A stretch of 64,000 nucleotides of DNA, from the NCBI GenBank assembly GCA_951406725.2, contig OX597815.1, positions 19,282,001-19,346,000 on the forward strand, in the 5' to 3' direction. The DNA comes from Octopus vulgaris (taxonomy: Eukaryota). A model generated the notes under the pieces. It did no database searches. It saw nothing but the letters and a program-made list of their open reading frames with translations, and was not told the DNA's origin. The position numbers and the translations under genes are program-made. Of this stretch, positions 27,459-41,114 are shown piece after piece (within the stretch, counting starts at the first letter, position 1; every line of letters begins with the position of its first letter).

Positions 27459-27810
27459 CGGCATTTGATAGTTTCAGTCAAATTTCTACTGCATCACCTG
27501 CTACACCTCCCCATGTTGCTGAGGTGTGTGCAGTATTTTGCGTCCTTGTTGTTTTCTTCTTTTTGTTCTGTGGAGTGCATCAATTCGTTTTGTAATGAGG
27601 TTTGGTTTGAGTCTCTTGTTGTATATCTTTTATTGTGCGTTGTGAATGTAATGTCAGTTGTGTTCTTTCGTTGTGTATTCGTCCTGTAGAGTACATGTAA
27701 CGATGGTTGTTATTTTATTAGATATTTACTATATAGAGTGTCTTGCGTTTGTAGATTATCTTACTTGAGATGTATTATTATTATTAGTATTATTATTATA
27801 ATTATTATAA

Positions 27811-27887
<77 letters not shown>

Positions 27888-28259
27888 GTTATTATTAGCC
27901 TCATCATCATCATTATCGTTATTTGTGGTTTGGGAATTATATCAAACGTTTTTTGGACCAACAACTAGATAGGTATTGTTGTACATGTACAGAATTATTC
28001 CAGCTAAAAGAAAGATATTCAAGGATATCTAGAATGCTCGATATTAATAGATAGATTTTAGATTAGCACAATGTCTATGACTAACAAAACCCGTTTCTTA
28101 ACAGATAGTAGTATTCCTATTTTCTGGAACGTACTCATGCCTGTCTTTTAAGGTAATTCATCGATGTCTCTTCAGAGATGGTCGTCTATAACTCTTGTCT
28201 GTCAAATGCAAATGAGATTATAAACACATTCCTTAACAGTGTTAATGTTTTAAATTAAG

Positions 28260-28760
28260 CAGCTTGATCGGACCAGTGTCTTTTCTTCTAACTTCTGCAT
28301 AATATTATATCCATTTGGGATTGCCATGTCGACATTCAATACACTATAATTTTAGTCATGAAAAATATTTTGCATTATCTGGCGATCTGTCTTTATGCTA
28401 ATTTCCCATCTTTATTTTCTGAGGAATATGGAGTACCAGAGTGGGTTTTTTTTATAGCAGTTGGACATTAGTTTCTCGGTGTGTGTAGTGTGGTTTTTTT
28501 TAATGTTATTGTGTTTCCAAGTATGCTTGTCGGATCTAGTTTGAAATATCTTCGTACAAATTGTGCTGTATTGTCTCAGGAAATACTCCTCATAGGACTA
28601 ATTAATCATCTGTGTGGGAGATGCTTGACGAATTTTGTTGCTTCTGTTGATTATTTAGGCTTAATCTGAGCATCTCGATCAGATACATATTGTTATTTAT
28701 ATTAATTGCTGGTAGGGTCACCATATCTCGTTTTGCAACCATAATGTACAACCAGATATA
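28260..28760 (-). pseudogene. Highly decayed R4/Dong-like C-terminal fragment
   Basis: Minus-strand pieces WEISIKTDRQI (compare WD..IQTDR.I) and VLNVDMAIPNGYNIMQKLEEK (compare LIDVAIP.D.N...KE.EK). Confidence 0.5.
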
Positions 28761-28774
28761 CTATGGTATATGAA

Positions 28775-28814
<40 letters not shown>

Positions 28815-30168
28815 AGTGTATTAAAGGTTTAGAACTCAATACTCTATCCTACTTTACGTTAACAGTGCGATGTTTCTATTTTCTATGTTTATCTCTACAG
28901 ATTCTCTATACAATCTAGAGCCAACACTGAAAGTTACAACGTTTCATATACGAATACGTCGATGTAAACAATGCAATTGAAGATAGAAAAGTTAGTAATG
29001 GGTGTATAAAAGTTTTTCAGAAGGTATTGCTTCTTCAACACTGGTTGTACAATGCAGTACGTTGTCCCTATCAACAATTAATATGTACGTACCAGTTACA
29101 AACAATTAATCAGGAATGTGTTTCATATGTAAATTAGTCTATCCAATAATGTTAAATAGCCACTAAATTTTGGAGATTATTTAAACAATGTATTTTCGGA
29201 TATATAAGGAGTTGGATATGGTACTGCAGAAGGAGCAATAACGCCTAAAATATGCATATACACTCATTATTATTTTTCTATCTTCGTTTGCATTGCTTAT
29301 ACAAATGCATTCATACAAGAAAGATCGTAACTTTCAGTGCTGGCTCTAAATTCCATAGAAAATCTTTAGAGATACACTTACAAAATGAACTATTACATAT
29401 ATATATATATATATATAAAGCAATGTATAGCTTATGACGAAACCATGGTATGCTTACGGAATCTTTAATCATCTCATAATAATGACTTTTATGACTTGTA
29501 TTACTACCTCAGTCCATCTAAATGTATATATCTGTCGTTACCTTTCATAAAAGCCTTTTCTCTTTTTATTTACAATGTGCATTTTCGTTGATTTTTCTTA
29601 TTTTCCCCTTACATTTCCACGTGTATTTTCTATTTTCTTTTTGTAACATAGATCTATTATATATATATATATAAATTTTACTGCTAATATTGGATAAAAT
29701 TTGTTTCCAAACATTTCATCAAAGTGGCCAACATATTAAAATACCTTTAAAGATGAAAATTATAAAGAATTATGAATACGGGGAAAAGAGAAAAGACTTC
29801 TATGCCAATAGGCAGAGAATAGACTTTAAATCGTCAATCACGACATACAATATACCGTTTAACTTTTTTAGAAAAAGATTGTGAAAAGTAAAATGTAAAG
29901 CTTTGTATAAGCTTTGTTAACACAACAAATCATGGTGCTGGCAATCGTAAGAATTGTCTGTCACTTCTTTATTGTTGGTATCAGGATACGATGAAATTCC
30001 AGCTTTTTGATAAACCAGCTAATGTGAGGGAATCTAAAAACGTGTCAATATAGGTGTATGACGGTACTTATTTTTGTACTTTGACATCATTTAGTACCAT
30101 TTGTAAAAAAATTCTCTAGGCTATCATCTTGTGGAAATTAGACATACTCTCATTCTACCCTACTGAAA

Positions 30169-30347
30169 TTATAGTATTATATTCCAGAGTCTGGAACATT
30201 GAACGGATAACAGAGATACTTTGATACAGAACCGGGAACAGACATCTTTTTCATGTGGCAATTCCTTCTGCGTCTTCTCTTTATGGAGTAGCCATTTGGA
30301 CATCTCAAAACTCAACACGCATGTCCTCACTGCAATGCCAGCTCTTT
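30169..30347 (-). other. Candidate exon of an unidentified minus-strand transcript
   Basis: Strong acceptor TTTTTCTTTCTCTCTACAG| at 30348. One frame is open for 58 codons (RAGIAVRTCVLSFEMSKWLLHKEKTQKELPHEKDVCSRFCIK...). Non-repetitive sequence; no homolog recognised. Confidence 0.3.
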
Positions 30348-30769
30348 CTGTAGAGAGAAAGAAAAATGTATATTATAAAAATATATAAAAATATTGGCTG
30401 ACGAGATATTAGTCAACTGTTGTCTGACAATATAATTGTAATATTTTGAGATAAAAAGAGTTCACATATTTGTCTATACTGTAGATCTTGTTTGTTTATA
30501 CCAATCATTTTAGAAATTAGTGAAAGTGTTCGTAGATGCATTATCGAGATTGTTCACACGAATACCATTACCAAATCTATAGTACATATGAAACTAAATT
30601 ATTTTGAATAGAAATCAATGAGTATAGAAGCACTATTAACACCAAAAGGTAATATATATCACCTCTTACAAGTGTATGCTGTGTTAGAACACAGGATGAT
30701 GCGATAGTTATCTTGGGAAAATCTCTAATAGATTTCTGGTGCATATAAGTACTTATGTTTGTATCGCTA

Positions 30770-31020
30770 GCGATTATGTTTGTATTGGTCGCGGATTCGA
30801 ATCTCAGACCGAACGACGTGTATGTTTATGAGCGAAACACCTAAGCTCCACGCGAACTTCTGCTGACTCTTTCGCCACAACTTTCTCTCACTCTTCCCTC
30901 CTGCTTCTAGCAACTCACCTGCGACGAACCGGCGTTCTGTCCAGGTGGGGAGCCTAAACGCCAATGAAACCGGGAAACCAGCCCTTATGAGACAGGCATG
31001 GGTCGAGAAGGAACAAATGA
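30770..31020 (+). mobile_element. SINE family D
   Basis: B-box-like GGATTCGAATCTC. The body TTTATGAGCGAAACACCTAAGCTCCACGCG...GAAACCGGGAAACC is shared with 36655-36870. Confidence 0.8.
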
Positions 31021-31596
31021 CAACAAATAATGATAATTCAATTGATAATAACACTTTCAAAAATATAGACTTTGAATTTTTCTATCCACTCTACTTTCCT
31101 CTCTTTTACTCTTTCTCTTCTTGTTTCGTTTTTTTTTCTCATCGCTGTAGTTTTTCATAATAAATTTTATAGTTTAAACCACCGATATGCCACAAACAAT
31201 TTTTCATAAGCTGATGACAAAAATCGCATTCATTTTTAGAAATTAATAATACAGGAGTTACAAGCGTTTAAAGTTATGTATTTTTAACCAATCGAAGAGC
31301 TCCATTGCCAATATACAGCAGGATGAAACTGTCTGTTGTCATGGAAATAAGCAAAGATATTGAAGGTGAGACCTTTTACATGGTCTATCAACCTGCTTGA
31401 AATAGCAAATGACATATTCCTCAAACTACGCCTTAACGTCTAAAGAACAGAAAGGATGGCATTACATGATGAAGCTTTCTCTCGATTTGGTTTTTCATTC
31501 ATAATTAGATCACCAATACATCGCAATACGATCCTAAATTCACAGTGACACTAAATATATGTAATCATAAACACATCGTATGTGTTTTTTTATCGT

Positions 31597-31840
31597 TGGT
31601 CTTTTGCTTGTTTCAGTGATTAGACTGCAGCCATGCTGGGACACGAGGCTCGAATAACTTTTTGTCGAATGAATCGACGCTAGCACTAATTTCTTTTTTT
31701 TTTTTTTAAAGACTGTTACTGATACTTTCGGTCTCTTTTGCCGAACTGCGAAGATACGAGGATGTAAACACAACAACACTGGCTGCCAAGAGGTGGTGGA
31801 GGATACCCTCAGACACACAAACACACACACACTCTCTCTC
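31597..31840 (-). mobile_element. SINE family A, 3' half, diverged
   Basis: CTTGTTTCAGT..GACTGCAGCCATGCTGG...CGGTCTCTTTTGCCGAACTGC matches family A. Confidence 0.75.
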
Positions 31841-31849
31841 TCATTCAGT

Positions 31850-32016
31850 TAATTTTGGGGGGAAGGGCTAAGTCGATTAAATCAACCAGAGTTCGACTGG
31901 TAATTTTATCGACTGCGAAAGGATGAAAGGCAAAGTCTGACCTCAGCGGAACGTAAAGACAGACGTAACACCGCTAAACATTTTGCTCGGTGTGCTAACG
32001 GTTCTGCTAGCTCGCC

Positions 32017-32079
<63 letters not shown>

Positions 32080-32247
32080 GCGGTATTTCGTCTATCTTTA
32101 CGTTCTGAGTTCAAATTCCGATGGGGTTGACTTTGCCTTTCATCCTTTCAGGATGAAATTAAGTACCATTTGCGTCCTGCGATCGATCTAATTGACTGGC
32201 CCCCTCACCCAAAATTCCGGGCCTTGTGCCTAGAGTAGAAAAGAATA
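31850..32247. mobile_element. Two SINE-B copies head-to-head around (TAA)n (31850-32017 minus; 32078-32247 plus)
   Basis: The left copy ends ...GCTAGCTCGCC, followed by (TAA)n, then TAGCGGTATTTCGTCTATCTTTACGTTCTGAGTTCAAATTCC. Confidence 0.85.
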
Positions 32248-35200
32248 TCGTTCCAGCAATAATCGCTGGTCATTTCTTTTTTAAAATCCATTTTCAAATC
32301 CGCCCTGCTTTATAAACTGTAGAGAATGGCTTGACTTCAGGAATTTGTCACTGTTATGTCTAGTAGGTTGTGCAACCGTGGTGGTTTTCTTCGCTGGTCA
32401 GAAATCTTCGATTTTGATTTCGATAGGTAATCAACAAATTCTGTATTGACATGAATGCTCTTATTAGCCACTTATCTCGTGAACCGGACTGAATTTAGAA
32501 AAATGACATTTCAATATAAACTATTTGACATATAGAACATGCATTTCATAAATATGTCTCTCTCTCTCATACAGACACACACATATACACACATATATAT
32601 ACACTCATTTGAATCATTTCGCATCATTGGTTAAACTATGAACAATACACTCATCCTATTTTCTTAATGGGCATCATATGATAGAGAATTCAGCTTTATT
32701 ACAGCATACTTCATGTGCATTTTGGAAGAGAAAATACTATAGGAGGAAATGTAATATTGATCCAAATTTACCAAAAGTCTAAATGCTGAATTAAATAATG
32801 ACCTAATTGCAGCCTAAAGAATAATTGTCCATTTCTTTTACTCTATTAACTGATGCATGTCTATGATGTAGAAATAAAGGCAGCTGATAGTTTGCTTAGC
32901 CTTGTTCCAACTTTAATTGAATCTATTTATTTAGCCTTTTAGCTTAGAATCATCTCCATAGAGATTAAACCTGAATTAAAATCATTCGTCAGCATCCAGG
33001 AAACTTTTATTCTATTGATTGATTTCCTGAAAATTACTGACCTGCGCAGCAGTTCGCAATTTTCTCTTTTCTCTCTATATTAAAATCGTGCTACTTTTTT
33101 CTATATGCTCTAATGAAATAGCTATGCATATTTACCCAAGTACTTTTTACAATCTCAACAGCTTTGCAGTAGAATTCGCCACTAACAGTAAATAGCGATA
33201 GCAGAAGCATTCTATTTACGATATTTTCTACCATATCGTTATTGTTTTATTTTGATTTTAATGCTTTGTTTTACTTCATTTGCTTCCAAACTCAGATAAT
33301 TCTTCATCAAAATCACTTTCGATTTACTTGCAATCGTTTCCTGCTTTACTTGTTCCGTTTATTTACGCGTATCTATTCGTAAATTGAATGACATTGTACA
33401 AGTATAATGGTTACCTGTTTAGATAGCACCTTTCTATGTAACCGGAACTTAAGGACTTAGCGCAGGAGCAAATTTTTCCCATAAATAAGCTGTTTAAATT
33501 AATTATTATGAATTCTTCAATTGCCTAAAGGGATTTTATACTAAAGATATAATACCTCAGCTTTGAAACAACGAAAAGTCGCCCCTTTTAGTCATTTTCT
33601 TAAGGATTGTTATTTCTAATATTCTAATTTGACGAGACCAACTGCTTCAGATTTAGTAAAGAAATAAAATTGGACAAAGAAACTCTATCAAATGAGTTTC
33701 ATACTCATCTCAGCGGTCGTACTTAATGTACGGGAAAAGAAATAGCAACTGACAATTGAATCTGAGTTGTAAACTCGAATCGAAATTATGAGAATTCCAA
33801 TCACACCTCATCTCTGTAGAAAGGTAATAAAACGATAGCAGTGTAGTTCTTAAAACATCATAGGGAAATATTTTAGTGCTTCAGAGTATTCTCAGAAACA
33901 TTTCTGCTGTCGTAATTTTATAAATAAAACATCAGTATGACGTTTAGTTCTAACATTATGTAGCAGGAACATTGATGATGCCGTTAAGACTGAACAGCCT
34001 TCAACAAGTTAGCTGTACATTTTATTCCGTGTAATAAAACAAATTGTTTGTAAGAGCAATAATATCTTTGGTCTACGGCTAATAAAGAAAATGAGAATGA
34101 CGCATCAGGCAGCTAACAAACAATGACAGATATAAAGCATAGATGTTTACTTACCTGTTTACATATTGTTTTACAAATCAAAAGAAAAAGAAATTCTGTT
34201 CAGTTTCTATCCAGTGTACCTTATTATTAAAGAGACAGAGCTCAAGGCTGTATAGGTAATTTTACATGGTAAAATAAGAAGTTTGCGGCGAAAATCGCAT
34301 TAATTGAAAATGTTACAATGTTTCTTGGCTTCAACATGGCAACATCGCTCACTTCGACCGTACATCGATAATTATTTACAGGTCGGTGTTTCAGAATATT
34401 GTAATTTACTAGAATATGCTACTGTTTGACACAGGTGACAAGGGAAGAGCATACGAGTATTAAGAATAATAAATATTAAATATTTGTCTTCCTTAAAGAG
34501 TAATTATTTAATTTCGAAAATTCATAATTTTTTAGTTTCAATAAATAACAATCCAGTAGTTTCGATAAATTATATTTTTAATTGACAATCTCCTTAATAT
34601 CAAAAAGATACACTTAAGTAGACATTGTAGGTAGCTTCTAACAAGTTAAAATATAAATCCATTTAATACATCTAAAGGTTTGATGGACACATATTCTATT
34701 GACGTAGAGGAAAAACAATTTCTACTTCTAATGTTTTTGATATACAGAGATGTACTTGAATTTCACTAAGTATTTTGTTTATTACTGTTCTGACTCTGTC
34801 ATTTACTGCCCTTTAACTGTTTAATTTTAAACGTTAAGTAATATAAGAGAATCAGTGTTCTGCTCGCTGATGTCTAAGACTTTAGCTATGTAGTAGACAG
34901 TTGATGACTAGTTTTCTATGTGCCTGTTGACGACTGTTGATGCTAATTATGACACAGAAATAAGGGACACATAAAAGTTCCACATAGTATGAGATTTTGA
35001 GATTGGTTGTTGACTGAGCTTTGCAAAGTTTGTGTTTATTTTCACGTGCCCAAATATGTGTTTCTTGTAAGGATTTTGCGACTTTTCTATTATAACAAGA
35101 TTTACGTAAAAATATTAATTTTCCAGCTACTCTCACCGTCATTCACATTACAGAGAACAAAAACGAGTAAATCCCTAAGATGTTTAGGAACATAAATGTT

Positions 35201-36654
35201 GCTCAGTATAATGGAGCTAATATTTATGATAGTTTATATATTATAGTAAATTATAGAAAGAGTTTTGATAAAGAATAATGGGGAAATGTATTGGAGAGGT
35301 TTTATCAAATGAAACAATGGAGATGTATCAGATAAGATGATCATTTTTGTAACAGTGTTTTACAGTTGGTAATCATCTGAAGAGATTTTGGCAGATGTCT
35401 ACAACTTATGAAGGAGTGAAAACATGTCATGGCGTGAAAAGTTTCACCGGTATAGTAGTTTTTGAGATATGTATACGGATATTTTTCAAGAGGTGTGATA
35501 TAATTAGAAGGATAATTGTTTGATAACAAAGAAAGGTCTCTCTATGTAGTCAACTATTACCCAAGATTATTGGGAGAATATCCTTGTTAGTTAACCTCAG
35601 TTAAGAATTTTTTTTTATATTTATTGTAATTTCGTTTAATTTTTGCCCACATTCTTTCGGATCTCCAATATAGTTTAAACTCCACATTGGTAAAGACATG
35701 TCTATTCCTTATTCGACTTATACCTCTGAATTTCAGAGGAGTGGGAATTTTTTGCAATAAAAAAAATGTTAGCATGGCATAAATTTACCCTTCAAATATC
35801 ATAGTGCAATATATTTGTCATTTTTTAAATATGATAGAAAATGTTTATATTCTTTGGATCTATAACTAAAGATAATTACCAATACCACTTCAATGTCTAA
35901 AAAGACAAAAGTGGGATTACTTCGTAAAGAAATCATACCTAATACTTCTTTTAAAATCACAAGCAATAATTTATGAAAATATAGAAAAAGTATTAATCTA
36001 AATCATAAAGAAATTTAAGTTAATTCGGGAACAGAACAAAATTTTAAATTCTATCTTTCTTTTGTTGATTACTGTTTTCACTAACTTTTGATATCCTTTG
36101 AAATTAATATTAACAATTTTGTTAGTTTCGATATGATGATTTCTGATTTGTATAATTCCCTATTTCTATAAATATTAGTTCTAGATTTATAGCTTTCACA
36201 GACAGTAAAACACTCTTTCATAATATTAATATATCGACATATTTTATTGGGGAGTACTTTTGTCAATCTTTTCCAATAACCTAGTCAATAATCTCAATAA
36301 ATATATTTCCGTGTTGCGCGTGGAACTTCAGACGAAATAGAACTTTTATTTATTTTTTACCGTTACCTACAATGCAATGCTGGGATCTGTAGGTAACGGT
36401 AACACGCTGAATAATACGCACTGCGATATTAAAAGTTTGCGACCTACAATTTGGCGATCTACAATTAGCGAGATAACATCCCTCCAAGAGTAACGTTATA
36501 TACCATTGCTCTAGTTGCAAGAAAATAACTACGACTGACATATTGGTGATTCAATGACAACTTGCAACAACTGATATTGTAACGAAATTTAGAATCAGTA
36601 TAATAGACAGTTGTATATTTCAAATGCTATCATCGTTATATACGTGTGGGGAGG

Positions 36655-36870
36655 CATGGGTGATGTGTGTGTTTATGAGCGAAACACCTAAGCTCCACGC
36701 GGCTCCGGCAGAAGGTAATGGCAAACTTCTGCTGACTCGTTCGCCACAACTTTCTTTCACTCTTTCCTCCTGCATCTAGAAACTCACCTACGATGGACCG
36801 GCGTCCCGTCCAGGCGGAGAACCTATACACCAAGGAAACCGGGAAACCGACCCTTATGAGAAGGAATAAA
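36655..36870 (+). mobile_element. SINE family D, second copy
   Basis: Homologous to 30815-30990. Minus-strand ORFs 30767 and 36636 give matching pseudo-peptides. Confidence 0.8.
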
Positions 36871-37962
36871 CAAAAAAAAATCATTATATACGCTGGTAAA
36901 TGCAATTCAGACACGCGTTACGTATACTTGGTGACAGTTATAGAATGAATTAAAACTGCAGAGCAAAACATGACATACTTTGAGCGCAAGACCTTTCATT
37001 CTGTTCTTTACATACCTGAAAATATGCAGATGTTTATTTAAGCCCAATGATTATTCCTTGCTAATAAACATGTAATCACCCCGCATGATTTTGTTTTTTT
37101 TGTTTCCAGATATTACCAGTGATAATCCATACATATTTTAGTAAATTGTTCCTGTAAATTCTCCTTGTAAATTATATGAATGGTGCATGCTTGAGAAAAT
37201 GTCAAAAGGCTGTACTGAGAAAAGGTCAGACAAGTTAAACGTGAACGAAAACTAAGTAACACATCTGCTTTGAAAAATATTGACAAAGATATTTGGTGAG
37301 ATCACTTTGAATATAGTCATTAGAACACATTGATTATCGTATAAACATTTAAGCCACATGAAAATGAGTCTATATCGTAAATTTAAGGAACTATTGCTTA
37401 AATTAATATTTACATATTTGGGTTCTAGAAAATAATTAATGGGTTGGAAAGCCGGCTATATAATTACATAGTTCTATATTTGTTGTTTGTTGAATATTTA
37501 GACGAATTTTTTTATTCGTTATCATCTATTTATTACCAAATGCCTATATGATTAATAATATTTGATTGAAAATTATATTGAAAAAATAATATTCCGCAAA
37601 TCACTTCACGAAATGAAAGTGCGACCAAATGTTATGAAGAGAATTCATTAAGACTAAAACCAATCAATCTGGATATGAAATGAATATAAAGAACAATCAG
37701 AAGGAATCTGTGTAGAAAATAATTCGTGCCTGTTTTATGTGTGCAAAGGAAGTCAATATTGATTCTTAACTTTGACACAAAGTCTACTCCAGACATCAGA
37801 AATATAGATTTTTACCTTTAGCACATGGCCAAACATTTATACAGGAGGCGATAGTCGATTGAATCGATCCCACGTGATTACTGGTATTTACTCGAGCCTT
37901 TCGAGAAACTGTTTGAAATAAGCTCTGAGAGGCTAAACGTGATATCATAGTTAATCCCCCCT

Positions 37963-38006
<44 letters not shown>

Positions 38007-39734
38007 CGTGCATATGTATGATTGTGTGTGTGAGAGAGAGAGAAAGAGAGAGCGGGAGTGGCTGTTCGTATGTGGTATTTCTGTCTTAATCTTGTTTTCC
38101 TACATATCAGTGGGGATGTACTTTCTTGTAATCCGTGAACCCGAATTTCAATTATAGACTATAGTGAAACATATCGAACGCTAGGCAATACCTAGCCCTT
38201 AGAAAACATGTATGGAGATCATATTCCCACGGCTGATAGGATTTATCTCAATACTACAATGCCAGACTATTATTTAGATACTAAAGACTTACTTCTTACT
38301 CGGCGTGAAGTTGAGTGTCATGACTAATATATTTTTGGTATAACATTTTATTTCGATTTTGGTTTCTGCTGGAAGTAGTATCCAAAATACCAGCCCAGCT
38401 TTACTGGCATTCGGCTACAGAAGATTCTGGGAAATATTATAAACCAATTTCTTCAAAATATATAGCTTTCCATTCTACCCGGTTTGCGTTGAGCGACGGT
38501 GCAAAAATTTCAAGCTTTGTAACAGTCTTCTATTTGAATGTAGTCAAGGACTCTTAATTATCTTCTGTACAAGCCCCAACCTCCCTCTCAGTATAATCAT
38601 AGTCATGATTTTATGAGTGTCGGTGACGATGTAAAGGTCTATTTTGATTGACAATGTTCTTTTATAAGAATTAGGGAAAAAGAATCCTTATATTTAATGT
38701 TAGAATATCAGCCCTAGGATATTTTAATTGTAATCAGTGAAAGCATATTCTATACCAATGAGATACGTTTCATGATTAGGGTTTCTTTTGGAATTCAGTA
38801 ATATATCATATACACCAGAATGAATGAATTCTTTTCATCGATGCCTTTACGGCTTCATGAACCACTTTGTTAAAATTCCACAAACAATCTTTAAGATAAA
38901 ATGATTCTAGATACGCTGAATATAGATAATTTATTGTGACATTTAAAAATGATCTGATTGCTCTAAATTTTAAATCTTTATTCGCAAATTAATGCTAGGT
39001 TGGAACTTGATAAGACAATGAAGACAGAAGAAAACTGAGAGAAAATTTAAAGAAGCCTTGCCTAATCAAATCGTAATTATAGAAAGAATCAACTTAGCTG
39101 AATACATATTACTTTCGACAATTAAACTAAAATTGGCCTCGTCCGCTGGAAAGTGAAACAGAGTACCCTAGCACCCTATGAGTGCCATGAAAAACGGGCA
39201 ATTTATTGTCCATCTGTAAAATTTTTCCCAGAAATACAATGTCCACTACATGAACCAGAATCCTACGTCAAAGTTAAACATTAATAGAAGACACTTCATC
39301 GAGACATTGTAGCAAACACGCTCAACGGAAATTTCGGAAATAGGTTTAGTCATATAAACCTTTGCAATGCTGCTACAAAGGGTTAGTGTAAAGTAAACAA
39401 AGGAAGTATACGCTGGCACTAAGAGAACTACATCTTGAGACATATATTGAAATGAGATTTTAGTAGTGATGTTTATGCGTATTCACGAAATATTCGAAAA
39501 GCGTCTCAAGAAGAATGGACGTTTGCAACTTGTAAAATAAATAGATGCAAACTTTGATGCCTTTGAATTTCACCGGAAGAACGATTTAGGTTTTCATGAC
39601 GAATTCCTTGCCGCAGTAACATTCTTCAAGGAATAACACAAACAGGGCTATTTATAAATGTCGTAGGGTAAAATTTGCCTGGAAACAAAAAAACAAATGT
39701 CTACTTTGAAAAACAGTCATTTTCACATCAGATA

Positions 39735-40025
39735 ATGTATGTATGTATGTATGTATGTATGTATGTATGTATGTATGTATGTATGTATGTATGTATGTAT
39801 GTATGTATGTATGCATGTATGTATGTATGTATGTATATATGCATGCATGTATGTATGTATGTATGTATGTATGTATGCATTTATGTATGCATTTATGTAT
39901 GTATGTATGTATGTATGCATTTATGTATGTATGCATTTATGTATGTATGTATGTATGTATGTATGTATGTATGTATATATGTATGTATGTATGCATGTAT
40001 GTATGTATGTATGTATGTATGTATG

Positions 40026-40059
<34 letters not shown>

Positions 40060-40186
40060 TGTATGTATATATGCATGCATGTATGTATGTATGTATGTAT
40101 GTATGTATGTATGTATGCATTTATGTATGTATGCATTTATGTATGTATATATGTATGTATGTATGTATGTATGCATGTATGTATGT
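39735..40186 (+). repeat. Long (TATG)n array with variant units (GCAT, TTAT, ATAT)
   Basis: Read directly; it is the source of the MYVC/HTYI pseudo-ORFs. Confidence 0.97.
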
Positions 40187-40675
40187 AGACAAGTAGGCGT
40201 GTATATAGGTAGATATGTAGGTAGTTTGACAAACCTGATTATTTTCAATATAATGCATTTGATGTTAGTCAAGCGAACTTTTTGTTAACCCTGAAACATC
40301 ATTATATATATATTTTTTTTTCTATGAGAGTTAGAGTTTGGGAAACCAACCAACTAAGGGATAGTACCTATCCAATTAACTGTTGGTAGTGTACCAAATT
40401 ATTCAGTACCCAAATGCTGGTTATTGCGTGGCAATCTCGCAATTGATTGTCATATATGGGCAGATGTAAAAAGTGGTTTACCCTTCATTTATGCGGCCGT
40501 AAGGAACTGATATTTTGCTCTTTTCTGTAATATTAATACACGTGTGTGTAACACATAGTTACTACATGTACATGTTTTCTTCTCATACTTTCTAATGCAT
40601 TGGAATAGATAGACACACTGTAATGACTACCAGCTGATGTATGCCATTTTGTATCCTTTCCATTTTCTTATTTGT

Positions 40676-40731
<56 letters not shown>

Positions 40732-40732
<1 letters not shown>

Positions 40733-41058
40733 GAGCAAAACGCCCCCGTCTAATGAACGGTGCTGAGTTGTCCAACATTTAAGCCAAATCTCATCAAAAT
40801 AACTTGTCCGACCGTCCCATAGGCCTCCTCTTTGAGAAACACTGATTTAACCTAAATTTGAGACACCAGCAAAAGACGAATTCGACTGATGTACTTGCGC
40901 GTACAAATGCACGTTCCCACGGCCTTATCGATCGCATTCTCACCTGGAATCCATTTTTGTAATATTTTCAAGACTTATACACGCCCTGATACCTCAATCG
41001 GTTGGAGGATGCCCGAGATCCTAGAAGGCACACACACACAGACAGAGAGAACGGATTT

Positions 41059-41066
<8 letters not shown>
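40732..41066 (-). mobile_element. Non-autonomous Helitron inserted in (TA)n, decayed
   Basis: Minus-strand 5' end TATTATATAAAATCCG..TCTGTCTGTGTGTG, 3' hairpin CCGT-tcattag-ACGG (40746-40760) and terminal CTCG|T (one change from CTAG|T). Confidence 0.6.

Positions 41067-41114
<48 letters not shown>

Noticed and set aside
37090-37260. Plus-strand acceptor TTTTGTTTCCAG
   Set aside because: All frames close quickly and there is no strong donor.
39652-40288. Long ORFs of 111-181 aa (MYVC/HTYI repeats), and similar YI-, VC- and poly-residue ORFs throughout the window
   Set aside because: They are translations of stop-free microsatellite frames with no protein-like complexity.
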